A stretch of 64,000 bases of DNA, from contig CAZSPD010000001.1 in NCBI GenBank assembly GCA_964608765.1, forward strand, positions 147,223-211,222, read 5' to 3'. Positions 18,648 through 25,901 of this stretch are shown here, one piece after another. Below the pieces are notes generated by a model, which worked only from the letters and a program-made list of their open reading frames with translations, ran no database searches and had not been told where the DNA came from. Position 1 is the stretch's first letter. Every line of letters starts with the position of its first letter. The translations under genes were made by a program, and so were the position numbers. This DNA comes from Candidatus Woesearchaeota archaeon (GTDB taxonomy: Archaea > Nanobdellota > Nanobdellia > Pacearchaeales > GW2011-AR1).

Positions 18648-19484
18648 ATGTTAGTTAAACAAGAATTAATTAATAAAATCAAAGATTACTTTGACTTGAA
18701 TGTTTATGAGACTAAGGTTTGGCTTGCTTTAATTGGAAAAGGAGCAGCTTCTGCAGGGGAAATTGCAGAGCTTTCAGGTGTTCCAAGAAGTAGAACTTAT
18801 GATGTTTTAGAAACACTTGAAAAAAAAGGTTTTGCAATAGTTAAACTTGGAAAACCAGTTAAATATTTAGGAGTAAAACCAAGGATGATTCTTGACAAGC
18901 TTAGAAACAATGTAAGAGTTGAAGCAGAAGAGAAAATACAAAGTCTTTCAAATATAAAAGATACTGAAGAATTTGCACAACTTGAAGAAATATATAAAGG
19001 TGGAATAGAACCTGTAAAAAGAGAAGATGTTTCTGCTGCATTAAAAGGAAGATCAAATATTTCAAATTATTTAAGGGAAATAATAAGAAACTCTAAAAGA
19101 GAAGTTTTAATTTGTGCTAATGTAAGGGATATACTCTCAAAAACCAAACTTTTCCAACAAACTTTTGATTTATTAAAGAGAGAGAATATTAAGATAATTT
19201 TAACTCTTTCAGGGGAAGATAATCTAATAAGAAAAGCAGAATCAGAGTTTGGAATTAAAATTAAAAAAGTAAATATTGATGCAAAATTCTTTATAATTGA
19301 TAGAGAAGAAGTATTATTTTATTTAACTGGACCAGAAAGTAAAGAAGAATCTGCAATTTGGCTTAATTCTGAATTTTTCTCACAATATTTTGCTTCTCTT
19401 TTTGAAATTGCATTTGGAGTTGAAAAATCAGATAAAACTAATGTTACTAAACAATCTAAAAAACCTAAAAAGGAGAGAAATTAA
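18648..19484 (+). CDS. TrmB-family transcriptional regulator
   Basis: wHTH SAGEIAELSGVPRSRTYDVLETLEKKGFA plus a TrmB-like C-terminal domain. Start taken at the Met at 18648, just after the upstream stop (ORF track start is 18627). Confidence 0.8.
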   Translation: MLVKQELINKIKDYFDLNVYETKVWLALIGKGAASAGEIAELSGVPRSRTYDVLETLEKKGFAIVKLGKPVKYLGVKPRMILDKLRNNVRVEAEEKIQSLSNIKDTEEFAQLEEIYKGGIEPVKREDVSAALKGRSNISNYLREIIRNSKREVLICANVRDILSKTKLFQQTFDLLKRENIKIILTLSGEDNLIRKAESEFGIKIKKVNIDAKFFIIDREEVLFYLTGPESKEESAIWLNSEFFSQYFASLFEIAFGVEKSDKTNVTKQSKKPKKERN

Positions 19485-19570
19485 AATGAAACAAAATATT
19501 CAATCAGGGGAAAATCCTTTGGAGAAGCTAACTAAATCTTGGGAGGATAAAATAAATCAAAGAAAGTAAA

Positions 19571-19894
19571 ATGGAAGAAAAAGTCATTTACACTGCTAGA
19601 GAAAGAATTCCTGGACAGAACAATTTTATGAGAATAAATGAGTCTGTTGCTGTTGTATTAAAGAGACTAGGATGGAAAGTAGTAAATAGTTCTTATATTC
19701 TTTCAGAAGGGTTACCTGTTGAAGCTTATGGTTATTACAAGCTTCCTGGAGTAGGAATAATTAGAACTGTTTTAGTTTACAGAAATTCTGAGTACACTTT
19801 TTTAGTGAATCTCTTAGGCTTTGAAGGAGAAAAGCAAGAGTCTAATAAAATAAAGATGTACCTTGAGAATACATTAAAAAAGGTTCTCCACTAA
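19571..19894 (+). CDS. Hypothetical protein (107 aa)
   Basis: ORF in the same coupled gene string with no recognisable motif. Confidence 0.45.
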   Translation: MEEKVIYTARERIPGQNNFMRINESVAVVLKRLGWKVVNSSYILSEGLPVEAYGYYKLPGVGIIRTVLVYRNSEYTFLVNLLGFEGEKQESNKIKMYLENTLKKVLH

Positions 19895-19913
19895 TTAAAA
19901 TTGCTTTTATACA

Positions 19914-20210
19914 ATGGAAATTTGGAAAGGTTCAGACATAGGAAAAATAATTGTCTATAGGAGGTCCTTTAATGATACTCTTCACTCTAAAGAAACATTT
20001 GCTATTTGTAAGACTTATCCTAAATCAGATTTTTTAGGTGTTATTGATTATCCTATTGAATTAAGCTCAAGATACCAGATAATCAAGATACTTAAAAACA
20101 AGGAAAAATTAGATGAATCTAGTCTTCTTCAAGCTGGGGAGTGGTGCTCTCAAGGAGAAGTTTCAAAAGAAGAATTAAGTGTCTTAGAAAAAATATCCAA
20201 AGAATTTTAA
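19914..20210 (+). CDS. Hypothetical protein (98 aa)
   Basis: ORF only. Confidence 0.4.
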   Translation: MEIWKGSDIGKIIVYRRSFNDTLHSKETFAICKTYPKSDFLGVIDYPIELSSRYQIIKILKNKEKLDESSLLQAGEWCSQGEVSKEELSVLEKISKEF

Positions 20211-20214
20211 TTTT

Positions 20215-21492
20215 TTATTTAAATTTTAAATCACTAATATACATTTCTTTTATTATTTTACTATTTTTAATTTTCCATTTCTCTAAAAACTCTTTTAATC
20301 CAAGAGTTACTTTTTCACGAGCATAAAGTCTGTTTTCTTTTTCATATATTATTTTATGCTCTTTTATGAATTTTTTACAATTTTCTTTATCATCATTATA
20401 AGGCCCAGAGTATATTATTTCCTTCTTTTTTTCAGTAACAAAAAAATACTGTGCTACTTCCCCTTTTCCATATTCAAATCCTTTCTTGCTTATTATAAAA
20501 AACACACCTATTTCTTTACCTAAATAATTAAAGAATTTTAAGAGCTTACTACCTGCAATATCCCCTTCAGGTTTATTTGTTTTAGCTTCTATTAAGATAA
20601 ATTCTTTTCCTCTTTTAATTGAAGATTCCCTTATTTTTTCAATATCTTCTTTTTTTACTTCAAAATTTTTTATAGAAGGTTTTTTTATAAACTCAATACA
20701 AGATTTTTGAAATTTTTCAAAAGTTTCTTTACTTAATGCAGCTAAAACATTTCTTTGTTTATAAGTAGGATCAATTAAAATAACAGGAGAATTTAATTTT
20801 GAAGTATTTAAATCAATTAAAATATCTTTTTTATTTTTATACTGTTTTTCAATATCAATCAAAAGTTTATCTTTTCCCACTTTAGTCATAGCTTGAATGA
20901 ATTTTTCAAATCCCTTGTAATAATAAACAAGTAATTCTAAGGAATACCCTGAAAAACCATGAATATAAGATTCTGCACCATAGCATTTATTAGCATAGCA
21001 AAATGATTTTGCTATTTTTATATCATCTAATATTTTTTTATCTTTTATTTTTTTATTTACATATTTCACATGAAGATAAGATAAGTCAGTTATATTTTCA
21101 TGTTCTTTAGAACTATTTACTTTTTTAACAGGTATTAGTTCTATAAAGAAATTTTCATTAATATCTATTCTAAAATAATCTCTTGAGCCGTGTATAACAG
21201 AATGCTTGTATGTTCCTCCAATAAGTTTCTCAGTTAATTTAGAAATTTCATTGTTTTTGTATTTTTTATCATACCTCACAAACACATCAACATCATATTT
21301 GTCTTTTTTTATTACTGTTCCTTTTGCAAAACTCCCTCCAATAAATATTTCAGCATCTATATTTGATTTTTTTATATTTTTTTTAAGTGTCTCGCAAAAT
21401 AAATTAACTTCTTTTTTTATTTCTTTTAACTCTTTTTCAGAAGGGTTGCATTTATCGAGGACTTCCTTAAGAATCTTTTCGTTTTTTCTCAT
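20215..21492 (-). CDS. cca: Archaeal class I CCA-adding enzyme (tRNA nucleotidyltransferase)
   Basis: 425 aa. IGGSFAKGTVIKKDKYDVDVFV pol-beta NTase motif and archaeal CCA-like architecture. Confidence 0.85.
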   Translation of the reverse strand: MRKNEKILKEVLDKCNPSEKELKEIKKEVNLFCETLKKNIKKSNIDAEIFIGGSFAKGTVIKKDKYDVDVFVRYDKKYKNNEISKLTEKLIGGTYKHSVIHGSRDYFRIDINENFFIELIPVKKVNSSKEHENITDLSYLHVKYVNKKIKDKKILDDIKIAKSFCYANKCYGAESYIHGFSGYSLELLVYYYKGFEKFIQAMTKVGKDKLLIDIEKQYKNKKDILIDLNTSKLNSPVILIDPTYKQRNVLAALSKETFEKFQKSCIEFIKKPSIKNFEVKKEDIEKIRESSIKRGKEFILIEAKTNKPEGDIAGSKLLKFFNYLGKEIGVFFIISKKGFEYGKGEVAQYFFVTEKKKEIIYSGPYNDDKENCKKFIKEHKIIYEKENRLYAREKVTLGLKEFLEKWKIKNSKIIKEMYISDLKFK

Positions 21493-21892
21493 AAGGTTTT
21501 TGTATCTCCTTTAACTCTTTTACACTTTTATTGAGAGTAGAAGCTAAATCAATTATATATTTTCCTTCTTCAAGTTTGTAGATTAGGGGTCTTTTTTTAT
21601 TAAATACATTAACAATGTCTATTTCAAATTTACCTTCACCCACAACTCTAACAGACTCTAAATCAAGTATCACAGGTGTTTCTTCATCTGTAATTCCAAC
21701 TATTTCCCTTATATCCTTTTCAATAACAGATTTTTCTTTTTCAGGTATTTCAACTATCTTATTTTTTATTTCTTCAAGTTGTTCTTGCTTTATATAAAAG
21801 AAAAACCTTCCACCACAATTACTACATCCATCTAATAATTCTTTACTTCCCAAAGGTATTATCTTAGAACATTTAACACACTGATGTGGCAT
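21467..21892 (-). CDS. Zn-ribbon protein, DUF2072/OapC-like
   Basis: MPHQCVKCSKIIPLGSKELLDGCSNCGGRFFFYIK resembles the N-terminus I recall for the archaeal Zn-ribbon-containing protein family that accompanies an Era-like GTPase and DUF2073. TATA-like box about 30 nt upstream. Confidence 0.6.
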   Translation of the reverse strand: MPHQCVKCSKIIPLGSKELLDGCSNCGGRFFFYIKQEQLEEIKNKIVEIPEKEKSVIEKDIREIVGITDEETPVILDLESVRVVGEGKFEIDIVNVFNKKRPLIYKLEEGKYIIDLASTLNKSVKELKEIQKPYEKKRKDS

Positions 21893-21945
21893 TTTAAATT
21901 ACATTTCATAAAATCAATGCAAGTTTATAAAATTAATGAATTCAA

Positions 21946-22605
21946 CTAAGAAACTCTTTTAATCTCTCCAAGAATCTCTTTTAACACACCTTTTAATCCA
22001 TTTTTGTTAGAGAACTTATTTTCTAATGAGGATAATGTGTAAAATACACAATAAAATAAGAATTTATTATAATCCTCAAATTTTTTTAGTCTATCTAATA
22101 TCTCTGAGGATAATTTTCTGTTAAAATAAATAGTTTCCATATAAAAATATGCAAAATCTCTTTCAGGGTAAGAATATCCAGAATGTTCAAAATCGATTAA
22201 CCCCAATTTATCTTTTTCTATAAATATATTCTGAGGCCTAAAGTCTCCATGAACTAATAACCCCTCGTTTCCTTTTACACTGTATAATATAGGAGGAGGT
22301 ATTTCTTTTAAATTATTCTTAATATATTCTATTTTAGGATATTCATTTAGCATCCCTTTTTTTAAAGGAAGTTTTTTAAAAAGTCTTTCAACATCATAAA
22401 TATTCCATTTTTTTAATTCTTTTTCAAGAAAAGTTCCATTTACTTTTTCTATTTTTAATACTAAATTATCTTTATTTTCAGATAAAATTTCTGGAACAAT
22501 AAAATTCTCTTTAAAGTAATCCCTATATTTTAATTCATTTTCATATTTTTTAATGTCCGAGAATCTCTTTTCTATGTGTGAATCATATATTTTTACTTTT
22601 TTCAT
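21946..22605 (-). CDS. APH/choline-kinase-fold phosphotransferase
   Basis: 219 aa. Catalytic loop LVHGDFRPQNIFI and LIDFEHSGY (HGDxxxxN / DFE). Start overlaps the rSAM gene end by 23 nt. Confidence 0.7.
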   Translation of the reverse strand: MKKVKIYDSHIEKRFSDIKKYENELKYRDYFKENFIVPEILSENKDNLVLKIEKVNGTFLEKELKKWNIYDVERLFKKLPLKKGMLNEYPKIEYIKNNLKEIPPPILYSVKGNEGLLVHGDFRPQNIFIEKDKLGLIDFEHSGYSYPERDFAYFYMETIYFNRKLSSEILDRLKKFEDYNKFLFYCVFYTLSSLENKFSNKNGLKGVLKEILGEIKRVS

Positions 22606-24499
22606 TTTTTAAATCAAAGTAATCTTTAAAAATATCAACTAACCACCCATTATCTAATTCTTCAAAATAATCCTGATTAGCATAGAAAGATATCGCTCCT
22701 CTTATTCCTAAAGAATATATTGGCTTAATATCAGAATAATAACTATCTCCAATATAAACTAATTCCTCAGGTTTTATATTTATTTCATTAAAAAATTCTT
22801 TAAAATACTCTAAAGAGGGTTTTTTAAATTTCTTAGATTCAAAGATATCCTCAAAAAGATTTAAATTTATTTTTTTTTCTTTTAATTCAGTAATTATACT
22901 CTCTTTTTTATTTCTAGATAAGATATATACCGGTAGATTATACTTATTTTTAATTTCATTTAATTGATTTATTAAGGGTTTATTTATTTTTGAGTTTTCT
23001 TTCCATTTTTTTAAATATAGATATATCATATCATTTACTTTTTCAGGTTTATTTAACTCCTCTGAGATTTTATTAAATATCTCCCTTATATCATAAAAAT
23101 CTTGTTTTTCTATCTCTTCCATATACCCGTATTTTTTAGCTACAAAATTAATTGCTTCATAAGTAGGTTCACGAGAGATTATTGTTCCATCATAATCTAT
23201 TGCTATTGCTTTTGGAGGGCTCAAATATAAATCTTTTCCAAATTCTTCAATAAGTAAACTCAAAAAAGGATACATTCTACTATCTGGTGAATCTAAACTA
23301 CCTTCAGTTAATTCAGAATAATAAGGGCAACTATTTCCGCATATTAGAATAAATGGGCATTTTTTATTTACACAGTACTCTTTATTTAGGGGGGATAAGA
23401 GGTTCCATTTCTTAAAAGTTTCTCCTCCTTTAAAATCCAGATTATCTATATTATAATCAAAATATTTTTTTGTACCTGAAAATCCATGGCAAGGACCCAC
23501 TAATCCCGTGGGGTGTACTACTATTTGATTTCCACACGCTCCGCAGTCTTTAAGATAAGGTTTTTCATTAATTATATATTTTAATCTTCTTAAGATTCTA
23601 TCCTCATAGATTTTTTTTCTCCTTAATATTCTATAAGAATTATAAAGTTGAAAAGCACAATATTCTGAATCTACAAATAATTTGTTTCCCTTAATATTTT
23701 CCAAAGGTAAGTTAAATCCAATTGATTTCACTTTTTTGAACTTTTTTGAAATCCATTTAGATATTGAAGGTAAGTAATCTATATTGTGGCTATTGATTGT
23801 AATAGAAAAAGAAACAATTACTCCATCAGAGAGATATTTTTCTATATTCCCTATAACTTCTTTAGATGTGCCTAAATTACTATGGTTTATTCTAGTTTTA
23901 TCATTAATTTTATTAAACCCATCAATAGAAACAGACACTATTACATTATTATCCTTAAAAACATTAGACAGTTCTTTATCATAGATAGATCCATTAGTGT
24001 TTATTCCAATATGTGTATCTTTGGATAATTCCCTTATTTTAGTTATACACTTAATTAAAACATCTTTATTCAATAAAGGTTCTCCACCATAGAATATTAT
24101 CCTTTTTTCATTAGATTTGGAATTATTAAAAAAATAATCAATTGCTTTATTTGCATTTTCCCAAGTTAAAACATTTCTTTCTTTACTTTTATAATTTCCT
24201 TCAATAAAGCAATAAGGGCATTTAAAATTACAATTATCTGTTAAAAGAAGGTACATTAAACTCAATTCTTGTTCTGTATTATTAATTATTTTCTTATAGT
24301 GCTCTATAAATTTATTTTCATAATCATTCTCAACAAGTATTCTATTTTCAGATAAATAAGGACTTTTATTTATTCCTTTTTTTATATCTTCAAGATTAGA
24401 ATTACTAAATAAAAAAAACCTGTGTTTATAGGGGGAATAAACTATTGAGTAATCAAGATATTTTCTAATATATAAAAAAGGATTTAATATCTTTTTCAT
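22583..24499 (-). CDS. Radical SAM/SPASM peptide-maturase-like enzyme fused to a C-terminal HAD-superfamily domain
   Basis: 638 aa. CNFKCPYC (Cx3Cx2C) after a leader of about 90 aa. SPASM-type CGNQIVVHPTGLVGPC and CVNKKCPFILICGNSC. HAD motifs AIDYDGT, ILSRN, KKPS and GDSYYSD. Confidence 0.85.
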   Translation of the reverse strand: MKKILNPFLYIRKYLDYSIVYSPYKHRFFLFSNSNLEDIKKGINKSPYLSENRILVENDYENKFIEHYKKIINNTEQELSLMYLLLTDNCNFKCPYCFIEGNYKSKERNVLTWENANKAIDYFFNNSKSNEKRIIFYGGEPLLNKDVLIKCITKIRELSKDTHIGINTNGSIYDKELSNVFKDNNVIVSVSIDGFNKINDKTRINHSNLGTSKEVIGNIEKYLSDGVIVSFSITINSHNIDYLPSISKWISKKFKKVKSIGFNLPLENIKGNKLFVDSEYCAFQLYNSYRILRRKKIYEDRILRRLKYIINEKPYLKDCGACGNQIVVHPTGLVGPCHGFSGTKKYFDYNIDNLDFKGGETFKKWNLLSPLNKEYCVNKKCPFILICGNSCPYYSELTEGSLDSPDSRMYPFLSLLIEEFGKDLYLSPPKAIAIDYDGTIISREPTYEAINFVAKKYGYMEEIEKQDFYDIREIFNKISEELNKPEKVNDMIYLYLKKWKENSKINKPLINQLNEIKNKYNLPVYILSRNKKESIITELKEKKINLNLFEDIFESKKFKKPSLEYFKEFFNEINIKPEELVYIGDSYYSDIKPIYSLGIRGAISFYANQDYFEELDNGWLVDIFKDYFDLKNEKSKNI

Positions 24500-24514
24500 C
24501 TTTAATAAATAATC

Positions 24515-24721
24515 TTAAATCCAATCTTCTATAGGAACTGTGCTTACTCTATCGTCAATAGTGCAACTTCCACAGTTACATATTCCACAACTTCCACAAG
24601 AACAATCGCTTCCACCCCCACAAAGGGAGCACATTGCAACAATACTATCTTTATGTATTAAGTTGATATCCCCATAAAGTTCTATTTTTTTAACTGCGTT
24701 ATAATTTGGATTATACTCCAT
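24515..24721 (-). CDS. Cys-rich 68-aa peptide, candidate RiPP precursor
   Basis: MEYNPNYNAVKKIELYGDINLIHKDSIVAM-CSLCGGGSDCSCGSCGICNCGSC-TIDDRVSTVPIEDWI. Stop is 15 nt before the rSAM start. Has its own TATA-like box. Confidence 0.7.
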   Translation of the reverse strand: MEYNPNYNAVKKIELYGDINLIHKDSIVAMCSLCGGGSDCSCGSCGICNCGSCTIDDRVSTVPIEDWI

Positions 24722-24743
24722 AGGAAACTCACATATTCAAACT

Positions 24744-24753
24744 ATTTAAATAT
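24744..24753 (-). promoter_or_regulatory. TATA-like box upstream of the Cys-rich peptide gene
   Basis: TATTTAAATA lies 23 nt upstream of the ATG at 24721, in the 69-nt gap after the DUF2073-like gene. Confidence 0.35.
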
Positions 24754-24790
24754 TATTATAAAATTAATGATGAGTTTAATCTAGTGTATT

Positions 24791-25198
24791 TTACTTATTT
24801 AATAATAACTCAATCTTTTTAGGATTTCTTTTAATTTCCTTAACTATTGTTGCAGGTCCTATTATTGTTATTGCACCTAAATCTCCTTTACTTAGTGCTT
24901 TTATTAATCCGCTTCTCATCTTATCTAATATACTCATCTCATTACTTCCACTAATTACAGCGAGTTCTATGCCTCTAAATCCTTTAATATGCCCTATCAT
25001 AGCCATTGTATCTCCTATTAATCTTGCTTCTTCTTCTGATTTAAGTCTTCCCTGAATAAATAAAATATTATTTCCAAGAACAATATTAAGGATTTTTTTT
25101 ATTCTTTCATGACTATTTAAATCCCTTATTTCAGAATAAGGAATAAACTGCATTGAAAATCCTTTTATTTTCCCTAATTTTTTATCCCTCTTTGCCAT
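24791..25198 (-). CDS. DUF2073/OapB-like conserved archaeal protein
   Basis: 135 aa. ERIKKILNIVLGNNILFIQGRLKSEEEARLIGDTMAMI...FRGIELAV matches my recollection of the DUF2073 pattern. Lies directly downstream of the GTPase. Confidence 0.55.
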   Translation of the reverse strand: MAKRDKKLGKIKGFSMQFIPYSEIRDLNSHERIKKILNIVLGNNILFIQGRLKSEEEARLIGDTMAMIGHIKGFRGIELAVISGSNEMSILDKMRSGLIKALSKGDLGAITIIGPATIVKEIKRNPKKIELLLNK

Positions 25199-25219
25199 TT
25201 TATTATATTCTTTTTATTT

Positions 25220-25861
25220 TTAAATGCTTTTTGCTAATTTAAATATTGATTCGTAAAATTCTTCAAAGTTTTCACCACTCTTAGCACTTACACCCACAAC
25301 ATCATATTCTGGAAAAGCTGCTTCTATTTTTTTTAAATCTGCTTTCTTTAAATCTACTTTATTTCCAACAATAAGAACAGGTATTTTTCTTGCAACTAAA
25401 TTACCTACTATTGTTATATTTACTTGATTATATGGGTTTTCTGATGAGTCTAAAACTATTACAACAACATCCATATCATCAAGCCACTTTATGCTTTCAA
25501 TAACACCTTGTGTTGCTTCTTTAGCTCTTTCTTTTGCTTCTTTTTTCTTCATATTATATTTTAAGAAATCTTCATAATCTATTTTTGTAGCTATTCCTGG
25601 AGTGTCTATCATTTTAAAAGTTAAAGATTTACCTTTATACTTTATTTCTACTTTTTCTTTAAATTGAATATTTCTAGTTTCATGAGGGACTTTACTTACT
25701 GTTCCAATTTCTTGTCCTGTAAAATCTTTACAAATCCTATTTGCTAAACTTGTTTTACCTGCATTTGGAGGGCCATAAAATCCTAGTTTGATTTCCCTTC
25801 TATTTTTAAATAAATTATTAAATATTTTTTTAAAAAAATTCTTGAATACTTTTATCGCCAT
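25220..25861 (-). CDS. Era-like small GTPase (OapA-like)
   Basis: G1 GPPNAGKT, G3 DTPG, G4 NKVD, G5 SAK. N-terminal amphipathic/basic segment. Confidence 0.8.
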   Translation of the reverse strand: MAIKVFKNFFKKIFNNLFKNRREIKLGFYGPPNAGKTSLANRICKDFTGQEIGTVSKVPHETRNIQFKEKVEIKYKGKSLTFKMIDTPGIATKIDYEDFLKYNMKKKEAKERAKEATQGVIESIKWLDDMDVVVIVLDSSENPYNQVNITIVGNLVARKIPVLIVGNKVDLKKADLKKIEAAFPEYDVVGVSAKSGENFEEFYESIFKLAKSI

Positions 25862-25901
25862 ATTAATGTTTTATCAAAATAGGTTTATTAAATTTGTGTT
25901 A

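Noticed and set aside
24762-24772. AATGATGAG as box C of a C/D sRNA in the oapB-peptide spacer
   Set aside because: No box D (CUGA) or C'/D' elements lie at an appropriate distance on either strand.
24791-25861. MglA/MglB-type (Ras-like GTPase plus Roadblock/LC7) polarity module
   Set aside because: The 135-aa partner fits the DUF2073 pattern (ERIKKIL...IQGRLKSEEEARLIGDTM...GIELAV) better than Roadblock. The GTPase is Era-like with a canonical NKVD motif. I kept the pair as an OapA/OapB-like call instead.
21467-25861. Replication origin near the Oap-like genes
   Set aside because: These genes flank oriC in haloarchaea, as I recall. However, no orc1/cdc6 gene and no ORB-like repeated elements were seen in the adjacent intergenic regions.
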